A stretch of 64,000 bases of DNA, taken from the NCBI RefSeq assembly GCF_020745735.1, contig NC_083416.1, positions 28,610,543 to 28,674,542 of the forward strand. The letters run 5' to 3'. The notes under the pieces are model-generated. The model had not been told where the DNA came from, did no database searches, and saw only the letters and a program-made list of their open reading frames with translations. This DNA is from Hemiscyllium ocellatum (taxonomy: Eukaryota). Made by a program: the position numbers and the translations under genes. Positions 11,230-22,481 of this stretch are shown here, one piece after another. Position 1 is the stretch's first letter, and each line of letters starts with the position of its first letter.

Positions 11230-12490
11230 TGCAGGATTATGTGCATATTAATTAGCAGAAGCAGAAGCAGAATGCTACTGACAGAGCTTAGAGATTCCAG
11301 AACCACTATATTGTATCAAAGTTCTGCAGTCCTGTCACACCCAGTTATAAATGATGGTGGACCATTATACAGATAACAAGACTCTACAGACATTGCTTTC
11401 CTCAATGATGGGGGAGTTAACAATGCTGTGCAAAAGACAAGGCTGAATTAATTGTAGCCATCTTCAATCACCCATGCTAACTGAATAATGCATCATGGCT
11501 TCCCTGATTCCCCACCATCATAGATCCCAGTCTTCTACTTGCTTGATTCACTTCACAGAGAACCAAGAAATGGCTGAGTGCACAGCAACAGCAATGGACC
11601 ACAATAAACATTCTGAAGATTGTTTTCCAGAACGAACAATATCCTTTGTCAAATTTCTGCAGCATAATTAGAAAAATGTCACCTGACCCAGACATGAACA
11701 ATTGTCCATTACATCCTGGCAGTGCAAGCTTGCTGTCTGTGAAAGAACTAGAATTGTATGCATGGGGAGGTGCTAAAGTGTGGCCTCAGGAATCAAATAC
11801 AATGCAGTTTCAGGGGATAAGACTTTTATTGGGGCACTCTATGCTGGAACAGCTTTTGAGACAGTTTCAAGGCTAGATCTTTGAAAGTGAAGAATTGGAA
11901 TCCCCTGTGAAGGAGACAAAGTTTTAATGAGATTATTTATTCTCATCTGGATGAATTGCTGAGAAATCTGTGAAAAATACCTTGACTGTACATGCTATTC
12001 AATGTGCTCTGTAAGGCACTTAACATCAGTTTGGGTCTCCACCTATATTTACTCCATGCTAATTCTGGATGTTTAAGAATGAAATGCATATATAGTAGCT
12101 TGTTTTACTTTCCTAACATTGTACAGTAAGTTTATTTTACTTGTTGAAAATTGTGGAACATTGAGGTAATATTATGCAAAGTAATATTTTGCAAAGTAAT
12201 ATTATGCAAAGTAATATTTTGAATTTTCTTAACTGGTCATTGTTGACAAGACATGACTCAAACAGTTATATAAATAAAATGGCTACAAATTCACATCACA
12301 GGTAAGGAATTCTGTGGCCTGTATCTCACCTTTGCGCTCCACAAAGTCTGACAACATCTATTCAACATTAGTCAGAATTACGATAGAATACACTCTGCTT
12401 GTTGCAAGAGTTCCACTCCCATTGATAATTGAATGACTTGATACCATCCAGGACAACGCAATTCACTTCATTGGCTTGCCATTCAGTACA
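11230..12490 (+). mobile_element. Fragments of an old CR1/L2-group LINE (11230-11720 and 12280-12490)
   Basis: Decayed SKFCSP..WWTI and LNDGG..KDKAE motifs, and an LDTIQDNA motif matching the family at 58880-61400. Confidence 0.6.
12166..12221 (+). repeat. 15-bp tandem repeat (gtaatattWtgcaaa) x3.7 with alternating A/T variant
   Basis: Units start at 12166, 12181, 12196 and 12211 (partial), read directly from the sequence. Confidence 0.95.
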
Positions 12491-12699
12491 TCTCGAGGTA
12501 AGAACCCATCCCATTTTTCAGTGTATGTGTGTGTGAAAGAGAACAGTGAATAGTGGCCCTCTTGTTTTTATTCTGTTCCTTGCGAAAAACTGTTTCCGTG
12601 TAATATCAATTATTAAGAACAGTTTTATACCTGAAATGCCGACTAGCTTGTATTTCATGACACATGCAGGTTGACCTAAGTCACATCAGTCCCCGTTAT

Positions 12700-13150
12700 T
12701 TTTGTTTAAACTCTGCTGATTCTCCTGACTCCTTCCCCTATCATTTCCTTTTGATATTCACTTAAAAGGCACAATGATCCTGACGAAACCATTTCCCATG
12801 TTAAATCACTTTCTGCTCCAATAAATTTGTGGAACAAAATTTCTTCCACCCTCTCATCGCATGTTCTGATATTTTAAATTGAACTCATCATTCCTTAACC
12901 AGAGGAAATAACCTTTTCATATTCACTTTATCAAAGTTCTTTCTCTCTTCCAGAGGAAGTCCTAGAATCTAAAGCTGTTCCTCATATTTCTGATTTCCTG
13001 TCATTCTCATTCTCATGAAGAAGGCACAAAGAACCAAATGGACAATTTCTGCACCTATTTTCTAAGCATATAACCTGTATTCTTGAATTTTTCTAGGGTC
13101 TTTATTTCAATCTATACTAGGGGTCCAAAACTTTAGGTAGCTCTCCAACT
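12700..13150 (-). mobile_element. Old CR1 3' remnant
   Basis: Weak similarity to the reverse-complemented CR1 3' ends elsewhere in the window. Confidence 0.45.
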
Positions 13151-13377
13151 AGTGCCTCAGTTATATGACTGCTTCATGATTCACATGTTAATGGCCCCTC
13201 AAGGGTTATTCTACCTAAAAGTACGCTTACAGAAAATTGTAGACCACCTAGCAGTTACTTTTCTTCATTCTCTGTTACGACTGAGGTTGGAGGAGTGGAT
13301 TTCCTCTTCATTCCCACTGCTTCACTTATCTCAACGTAAATTTAAATATTTTGTCCCATTACTGATAGCCAGTTATC

Positions 13378-14255
13378 TCTCCAGATTTGCAGATGACACT
13401 AAGCTGGGTGGCAGGGTGTGCTGTGAGGAGGATGCTAAGAGGTTATAGGATGACTTGAACAGACTGGCTAAGTGGGCAAATACTTAGCAAATGCAATATA
13501 ATGTGGATAAATGTAAGGTTATCCACTTTGGTGGAAAAAAACAGGAAGACAGATTATTCTCTGAATGGTGGCAGTTTAGGAAAAGATGAGGTGCAATGAG
13601 AACTGTGTGTTACATTGGAACAGTCATTGAAAGTGGCACGTAGTTGCAGCAGGCAGTGAGGAAAGTTAATGGCATGCTGGCCTTCATAGCGAGAGGATTT
13701 GAATATCGGAATAATGATGTTGTGCTTCAGTTACACAGGGCCTTGGTAAGGCCACACATTAAGCACTGAGTCTCTTAGTCTGTGGAAGGATATTCTTGCT
13801 ATTGAGGGAGTCCAGCGGCGGGTCACCAGACTAATTCCCAGGATGGCAGAACTAACACATGAAGGAAGACTGGATCAATTGGGCTTGTACTTGCTATAAT
13901 TTAGAAGAATGAGGGGGGATCTCATAGAAACATATAAAATCCTGACGGGACTGGACAGGCTAGATATGGAAAGTCCAGAACTAAGGGTCACAATCTAAGA
14001 ATAAAGAATAAGCCGTTCAGGATTGAGATGAGGAAGAATTTCTTCACTTGTGAACCTGCAGAATTCTCTCGCACAGCAAGTTGTTGGGGTCAGCTCATTA
14101 GGTATATTTAAGAGGGAGCTGGATGTGGCCTTGCAGCTAAAGGGATCGCGGGTATGGAGAAAAGTGGGAATAGGATAGCCATGATCGTATTGAATGGTGG
14201 TGCAGGTTCAAAGGACCAAATGGCCTACTCCTGCTCCTGGTTTACACATTTCTGT
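13378..14255 (+). mobile_element. CR1 LINE 3' fragment
   Basis: Starts at SRFADDTKLGG and runs through the RT C-terminus to the 3' UTR ...aaatggcctactcctgctcct. Confidence 0.92.
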
Positions 14256-14920
14256 TTACCTTCTCTTTACTAGGTTTAGAATAAAAAAGGTTAATCAATC
14301 AGGTTTCTTCAATCAACAACAAAATTATTAATTACTTTTGAAAATAGGAGTTAGTAATAGGATGCAAAGCTGATTAACACAGTTTAAACAGAGGAAAGTT
14401 TACCTTCTTAAGGAATCCCATTCCACACACAAACACATGCCAATATAAACAAAAAAAATCTCTGCAATGATTTATTTTGAAAAATAACACTGAGCAATTA
14501 ATTATTCATTGTCAAAGGAAAAGTAAGGTATGGCATTTTCAAGATGGCTTTCAATCTGCATTCTGGAACACTTGGAGGGGTGTCACTAACACAGGCAGAT
14601 ATTACTATGACCATCAAATAATCTTCCTTCAAGGAACATCAAAAATTGCTTTTTCTTTGGTTTTCCAGGCTGTTTAGTTAGCTGAAACTCTGTGATCTCC
14701 AAGAAGTTTTGAACAAAAAATCTGTCCTATTTCCATTTTTAAAGAAACAGCAGACTCAATTATCCAAATTACCACCAGCCACATTTTTTAATGCGAATTC
14801 TCAAAATAAAAGAATTTTTTCATAACACACAGCAGCTCAACATTGAAAAAAATTATCTTCTCCCCTCTTAAAATGCAGCACTTCACAATTATCCACAATA
14901 AAGTATGTTTTATTTCAGTT

Positions 14921-15484
14921 GTTCATGGGACATGGACAGCACTGATAGTTCAGCATTTGTTGTCCATGCCTAGTGCCCAGAGATTAATTTCTATTCATTA
15001 TTATTACGTGACAACTCTAACCACCTTACTGTGGATCTGGAGGTGTATGTAGGTCAGACCAGGCAGGTTTCATTTTCAAAAGGATATTAATGAGCAAGTT
15101 TTTTTTAACAAGAATCATAAGTGGTTACATGGTCACCATTAAACTAGCTTTTAATTCCAGATTTTTCATTCAATTTAAGTTTTGCTTTCTGCTCTGGTGG
15201 TAATCAAATACATATCCTTAGAATATTAGCTTGGGTTCTGTGAAATTACTCCACAATGGCCGGTATACAGTCACGCAGTCACCCTTTATTTGCACATGTA
15301 TAGATAGCTCAGAGTATGCTCCTCAAATGTATAAAACCTCTGATATTCCTGTTTATATCAGTCAGCCAGGTTAACAGCCCCAATCAGGGACTCATATTCT
15401 ATGAGATCCACCTAGTTGACCTCATTCCAATCACTACATTCTGTATTAAGTGTTTGGTAACATTACCATGATACCACCATCTCC
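14921..15484 (-). mobile_element. tRNA-headed SINE (same family as 39262-39572), split by a solo LTR
   Basis: The body is homologous to 39262-39572 and the head resumes after 15443. Confidence 0.65.
15241..15438 (-). mobile_element. Solo LTR, 198 bp
   Basis: TG...CA termini, a 5-bp TSD TTCTG (15236-15240 and 15439-15443), and AATAAA and TATA-like motifs on the minus strand. Confidence 0.75.
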
Positions 15485-16428
15485 TCTCCTGTCCTACCTG
15501 GTTGCTTATTCCTCTTATGGGTTACCTTGTTGTCAGCCAGAGTTGTGCTGTATGCCCTGAATTTTCAAATAACTCATCGGTTATCTAATTGAAAATGTAT
15601 ATGTAATGAATCTTACTGCATTTACAATTTAACTGATCAATCACATCTTCAAAAAAACTCAAATTTGTGAGAGCAACTTGACTTTAATAAACTAAAACTA
15701 GCTGTTTTTGATTATTCCATGCATTTGCAAGCACTTATTAATTCGATTTTAAAAATTTGCTGTACTCACATCTGACATTAGGCTCGCTGGTCTACAACTA
15801 CCAATTTATGTTTTTTTTGCTGTTTGAGTAAAGATGCTACACTGGCTATGTTCCATTTTTGATGAAGAAACAAAGCTTTTGACAAAATCTCTGCTATTTC
15901 ACTTCTGAAATCTTTCAACAGCTTGGGTGCATACAAAGGAGACAGGCTTGTAAGCAGAAATTTTAGGAGGCTATCATTATGCATATTTATAGTAATCAAT
16001 TGGAAGCCCTGGAGTCAGATGCTAATGCAGCAGCAGGATTAAACCACGAGTGATGAATCCACTACTAAAATGTATATGCTTCCCATGAGCTACCCCAGGC
16101 TCCCATACACTGGCAGTGACAAATAGTTAAAAACCTGCAAATACTGATTCATATTGCTAAGTACTGGTTAGCAATCCTGACCTTCACTTTTTTTTTCAAA
16201 AGCAAATTTGTTTATGCAGCTGGATGACAGAACATTTCTCACATTGGGAATATCAACATTCTTAATTCAAAATGACACCTGAACTGAGATGTTCTAACCC
16301 ACTGACTAATATCAAGTTATATATGTGAGCAGTTATAAACAGAATATATTCCACAAGAGTACAAATTATACAACACAGATCATGGTTTTGCTTCTTTGCA
16401 GGATGTACAGATTAATATTTGACACATT

Positions 16429-16657
16429 GTAAGGTTAAGCCACCATAGTCCCAGAGGGCTGTTCTTTCATTTGAGAGAGAGAGAGAGAGATGACTGGTGG
16501 TGTTTTAGCCTGAATGTCACCATGCTTCAGGCAATGGATGAGTTTAAGAAAGTGAGACCTTCATGGTAATCTCATGCAATGGAAATTTAATCCGTGCGGT
16601 TGATACCACTCAGCATTGCAAACCAGCTGTTGTAGCCAACTGAGCTAAACAACCCCC
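16429..16657 (-). mobile_element. tRNA-derived SINE with internal (GA)n
   Basis: The reverse complement begins gggggttgtttagctcagttgg (A-box). Homologous to 10655-10878. Confidence 0.75.
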
Positions 16658-19019
16658 AATATTGATATGTCATGTGCTTGGATGCTGACTAAAGATTCTT
16701 TTGCTTTGTCACAACAATGACCTTGATATTCTGATAACAAAATATTTATGAGAGAGCACAGATTGACGTTATACATCAGGACCGTATGGAATCCCAGATG
16801 TAGCTAATTTCATGGGAATTTCCCAGGAAATTGAAGATTCTAATGGACAATTTCTCTGTATCTGGAACTCCCCAAAAGTACTCTCTAATATCAGAGCATT
16901 TGAAAAGATTCCATTCCATTAAGTTAGTAGTTTCCTTGGAAAAGGCAGACAGTTTAATAGTGAGCATAACTCCTGGAGAACTATTAAACTGACTCATCAA
17001 ATTACCATCATCTACCTTACACCTCTATTTTACACTTTCTCCTTATGCTCCTTAGACCCTGATGAGACTTTCCCCAAATCAGACACTCTCATGATTCCAG
17101 CCCCCCGAGACCCAACACACAATTACTCAGCTGCCATCCTGACCTGACATAGTCTCATGCCCCAAGACCTGACATGAAGCAATGCCCAATCCTGCTAGCC
17201 CCAACACACTTCTATTCAGGCACCATGTCCCCAGTAACCACTCCCTTATCCACCAGTCCCAAAGTCCACTCATCCCAGCCTTACTGCCACTGGTCCTTTT
17301 TAGCCAGCCCTAGACCAATTCTTAGCACTCCATCACTCAATGAGTATCCTATCCAACTACAACCCTGCACATCTGGCATCTTATCCATCTGACACCTGGT
17401 GTCATTTTAACCAACCTACATGGAGCCCTTACACACCTGGCAAGCTGGCCATTTTTCACCCTATCTATCTGGTACCCTATTTATGAAGCACGTTAATACC
17501 CTCCCCGTCTGGCACTCTAACCACTTGGCACCTTTGTTACTTGGTCCTGGTACCATGGCACTCTACCAGCCTGGCACCCCAAACTCCTAATGAACAGTCA
17601 CTCTCACCCCACTTACCTCCCATACTTACCTTTTCACAACAACTGTTAAAATGTCTGACTGTGCTACTTGACATTTAAACCTCAGAACATGGCAAATGAC
17701 AGCTGTGAAAGGGGGCTTGTTTGATATACTGAATATTCTGTAATACAAAGAATCTGCATTGATTTCAGCTGCATTCTATATTTCTGAAGAAGCAAAAGCT
17801 GGAATTCTCAGCTAGCAATGTGGACTTCAGTATTAACGGATAGCAAATGAGCAGAGTAGAAATCCAACTGTGATAGCCATTCTTAAGAATATCTGGGCAA
17901 TCCTTTTTCACTCTAACCTCAGAAAAATAACTCAATGAATCAGAACATTTTGCCCTAAATCGCTCATAAATCCTGACAAATCATATATCTAATTCAGAGG
18001 CAATTAGGACAGAATGTGAACAGTTCTGTACTATTAATTAGTACCCAAAACTGTGTCAGTTGTCTAAATTAAGTAAAAATCAAAATCTCTCACATTTGTG
18101 AGGAGCCTGAACTAGATTTAATCAGGGTGTCAGAGATGAAAATAATACCCTAACCTATTGTCCTACCTAACACACCCCTTTTATTAAATCTTCTTTAATT
18201 ATTTTATAGATGATGCTTTGAGTAAGTACCATTATATGAATTTTTGATTAATGAAAGGAAAATAATTGAATAAACACTATAATAAACAGATACAACAGTA
18301 AATCTAGATGTATGGCTATACGTTATATTCGTAAATTTCTTGAACACAAATGATATGCGGCCAGTTAGAATCCTGATGTGGCTAATTACAATTCTGATTA
18401 GTAAATGCAAAATGAGTAATAGATACCATTATTACAAATGTAATCTCAATGCTCATACTCTGTATAAGTGTATTCGAATTTTTCTGTGTATTTAGTGCAA
18501 AATTGGAAGACAAGTATTTTTGACAATGGGTCTGCTTTACTTTTTGTTGGTCACCAAACAATGGTAAGTTCATGTTAATCAATAATGTTGAGTACAATGT
18601 AACATGTATTTACATTATACTTCTCAGAATTGTCCACATTTGTTGGCTGTTATCGTTCTGCCAAAATGGTGATTTATGTCGACCTTTGTTTTACATGCCA
18701 ATGCTTTTTTCAAAATCCAAACAAGAAAATCCTTTCACTGCAATAAATGTTGTAGATTTGATTTAAATGTCAGTCTCTACAAGTGTAATTACCTGGAGTT
18801 ATCATACTTAGCTCAAGATTTTCAAATTTTTGATAATACCTTTCATTAGATTATTTTTTAGCAAATGTTCACGAGCCAATTGAAATGAATCAAAATGCGG
18901 AGTAATATTATATACTTTGGTGCGTAATATTTCCTTTGAACCGAACCATTACTTCACACTCTCCTTAATTCATCACGACCCTTTCACTTCTGCAACAACA
19001 AGGATTCTCACTTCACATT

Positions 19020-19234
19020 ATTTGGAGATGTCGGTGTTGGACTGGGGTGTACAAAGTTAAAAATCACACACCACCAGGTTATAGTCCAAGAGGTTTAATT
19101 GGAAGCAACTAGCTTTCTGAGCGATGCTCTTTTATCAGGTGGTACTACCAACTGATGAAGGAGCGTCGCTCTGAAAGCTAGTGTGCTTCCAATTAAACCT
19201 GTTGGACTATAACCTGGTGATGTGTGATTTTTAA
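19020..19234. mobile_element. PLE foldback mini-element (family B), 215 bp, 13-bp TSD
   Basis: A minus-strand pLTR (19020-19142) is followed by a plus-strand pLTR (~19152-19234). CTCACTTCACATT is duplicated at 19007-19019 and 19235-19247. Confidence 0.9.
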
Positions 19235-19729
19235 CTCACTTCACATTGATAGCTTCACCTCACTCTCATATAAGAGTACTGCTGCAAGCTTGTATCCACC
19301 TTTGACAGCATGCACACGCTACAACTATTCATTTATGATAGGCATACCATCCAAAGCATGACACTCATTGACAATCATGCCTTTTTTGTGCAGAACAAGA
19401 TGATATACAATCACAAGTTCTAATGCATCTATCTGATGAGGGCCAGTTACAATTGCCTGCTCCTGCCAGATAATGCAGAGGTGGTGATGCTTTCTACTAT
19501 TGGAGTGGATGTAACCAAGGCTGTGGTTATCCTCCAAAGTGATTTTCATCTCATATTCCACTTATTCCTCTCATCTAGCAATCTCTTTCCATTTACATTG
19601 CAGATAGTCAAGTATTCACCTCTTGCTTCTCAGTCCTCTCTGCCCCCAACTATTTCTCCAACTGCAACCCTGCACAGCTGTCATTTGCCATGCTCTGAGG
19701 TTTAAATGTCAAACTTGTCTTCAATTTGG

Positions 19730-21085
19730 ATCTAAACACTACTGGAAAGGCCAAAATGTTCTAACCATCCGTAACTGATCTCAAGGCGGTAATATTGATC
19801 AACCCTGTTGAAATATTGTCATCATGAGGTGTAACTATATCTCAAGTGTTGTTATGAAGGAATTCCAGGATTTTGATTCAGCAACAGTAAAGAAGCAATC
19901 ATGTATTTTTAGGTCAGATTAATTGAGAATTAGAAGGAAACTTGCAAATCATGATGTTCCAGTGCCTATGTATCATCGTTCTTCAAGGGTTTGTGAAATA
20001 TGTGAAATGCGAGATATGGATTATGGGATTAAATGCTGTCAAATTATATGACTAAAGTGCATCTTGCAAAACATGTGTACCGCAACCAGTATGCACATGG
20101 TCATTGAGGACGTGAATATGTAAAGTGGTGAGTACGTTTCAGATCAAACAGTTTTATTAAACTTTTCAGTACTATAGGGACTGCGGTCAACCAGTGAAGC
20201 AAGGAACACTCTTCATACTACCAACTGATTCATGATAGATAGGGAACAGGCTTTAGGCAATCAATGGTCAAGTTACTCACTGCAGAATATCCAGCTTTTG
20301 ATCTGCTCTTGTAACTCAAGTAGAAGTGTGGCTGATCCAGTAGAGTTACTGGTCAGTATTAATCCCTAGTGTATTGATAGTGAGGAATTCAACAATGATA
20401 ATACCATGGAATGTTCAGGACAAATTGTCCCAGAGGGCCATTGCCAGGCAATGTTGGCAGCCATTTTAGATTATATTCCTTCAGTATGGAAACAGACCCT
20501 CCAGTCCAACATGTCCACACTGACCTTCCAAAGAGTTACCTTCCAAAGAGTTACCCACCCAGACTCATTTCCCCCTGAATAATGCACCTAACACTATGGA
20601 CAATTCACCTGACCTACACATCTTTTGGAATGTGGGAGGAAACCCATGCAGACACTGGGAGAACATGCAAACTCAACACAGGCAGTCACACAAGGTGGAA
20701 ATCAAAGCTGGGTCCCTGGAGCTGTGAGGCAGCAGTATTAACTGCTGAGCCATCGTGCCACCCACTTGTTTAACAGCTTAATCTGAATGGACAAAAGGTC
20801 TCGCACATATCAACATGGACTGCTTACATAAATGAGGACCTATGAATGGAATTGAACACTATGCAATCATTATTGAATACTCCTATTTCTAATCTTATGA
20901 TGGAGATGACTCAGTCTCAAACACTGCCCTGAGAAGCTCCTGAGGTGATAACCTGGGTTTGACATAGTGAGAATTCAAGAATTTTAACCATCTTTCTTTA
21001 TGCTACAAGACTCAGCCAGCAAAGTGACTTTCATATTAATACACATTGACATCAATTTTCCCTGGGTTCCTTTATCCCACACTTT
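19730..21085 (-). mobile_element. Old CR1/L2-group LINE 3' part, interrupted by an HE1 SINE
   Basis: Collinear homology with 58880-60200 and 24790-25540. Confidence 0.7.
20466..20763 (-). mobile_element. HE1-type V-SINE
   Basis: The reverse complement starts gggtggcacgatggctcagc and carries the V-domain gagtttgcatgttctccccagtgtctgc. It has an internal 15-bp duplication accttccaaagagtt. Confidence 0.88.
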
Positions 21086-21364
21086 TCTTACACTCTCCAT
21101 TTCTTGTTTGACTACAAAAAAAATTAAAATTTTACAATAAGATGCTGTATTACTTGTTCAGTATTCTGAGTTAAACATGATGAAAATTAATGTAATTGTT
21201 AAAACCCAGTCAGGGAAAAGCATAAAAAATATTAAGAATGTCTAAATACCTCCTACTTGCCACCAGTGCATGCAAATAATCATATTCACTAAAGATGAAA
21301 AAATATACAATGTTACAATGTATCAGATAAAAATCTTTGTGAAGCTAAAAATACAGATTTAAAA

Positions 21365-21486
21365 GGAAAAAGTGAGGACTGTAGATGCTGGAGATCAAAG
21401 TTGAGAGAGTGATACTGGAAAAGCACAGCAGGTTAGGCAGCATCCGAGGAGCAGGAGAATTTTAGGCAAGAGCCCTTCATAAGGAA
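21365..21486 (-). mobile_element. PLE pLTR (family A)
   Basis: Homologous to 43127-43256. Confidence 0.85.
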
Positions 21487-21886
21487 AGTCATTGAAAAAG
21501 GAGAGACAGCTGAAATTCACTGCATACATCTACAGGCACTTTTTTTTTCAGCTGAAATATTTGGTTTGAAGTAGTGGCTGGCATTTCTCTTTCCTGCTGG
21601 AAGACACTCTGGTAGTTCTCCAGTGGCTTTCAGTAGAGGCTCCGTCAACCACAATACTGTATTACAGGACCTCTCTCCATGTTGGTTGTATATTTCATAG
21701 AACATAAAGGACTAGGACAACATAAAGAGACTCAGCAGCAAGTTGCTGCAAGTGTAGACGCAACTTAAAAAACAGATATGTATTGAGTCAGCAGACTATA
21801 GTCATGCCAGAGGAAAAAGGTGGCTCAGGTACCAACTCCCTGGAAGGCACTTTCTAATTCCTCTGCAGTAGGAATGCTAGCCCAGC

Positions 21887-22015
21887 CATTCCTGATGAAG
21901 GGTTTATGCCCAAAACTTCAATTCTCCTGCTCCTCAAATGCTGCCTGACCTGCTGTGCTTTTCCAGCACCACACTCGTCTCTGTTCTCCAGCACCTGAAG
22001 TCCTCACATTCTTCC
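21887..22015 (+). mobile_element. PLE pLTR (family A)
   Basis: Reads cattcCTGATGAagggtttatgcccaaaac...gtcctcacattcttcc. Confidence 0.85.
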
Positions 22016-22239
22016 AATTCTTCCAAGCAGCATTGAACTACCTCTTTCAGTTGTTGACCAAACAAGAAAATTACCCAGTTTGTTATGGTGAATTGAGTGA
22101 TAGAGGATGCTGCAAATCTTCTTCAATATTCGAATCCTCAAACAGAGCAGTGCAGAGAATCAATGTAGAAGCCATGCCCCATTTTCACAGCTTCTGTATT
22201 CTGATGACAGTTAAAATATCTTAGAATTTCTCAGTGTGT

Positions 22240-22475
22240 TCAAGTGAACGGGTGTGTATGTAATTGGATAGAGTGGAAGATGCAAGTGATTAAGAGTGTA
22301 GGGTGAATGAAGAAAATGGGTAAGTGGTAGGATGTCAGATAGGTGAGGTGGTAGATGGGTAAAATGGTACTTGGGTAGGATGGTTGGCTGGTAAGAAGGT
22401 GAGAAGACAACTTGGTAGGATGAGAGGATGGTAGGTGGGTAGGATGGCACATGGGTATGGTAGGAGGTAAGTGTG
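22240..22475 (+). repeat. Purine-rich low-complexity tract (ggtaggatgg-like)
   Basis: Degenerate GGTAG/GGATG units. Probably the interior of an old non-autonomous element related to ~17000-17900. Confidence 0.6.
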
Positions 22476-22481
22476 ACAAAG

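Noticed and set aside
12166-12221. CRISPR-like or other prokaryotic array
   Set aside because: There are no spacers and no cas genes, and the whole window is vertebrate repeat-rich DNA.
13273-14827. Possible LTR (tgttacga...tcataaca) interrupted by a CR1
   Set aside because: The termini are suggestive but no TSD is visible.
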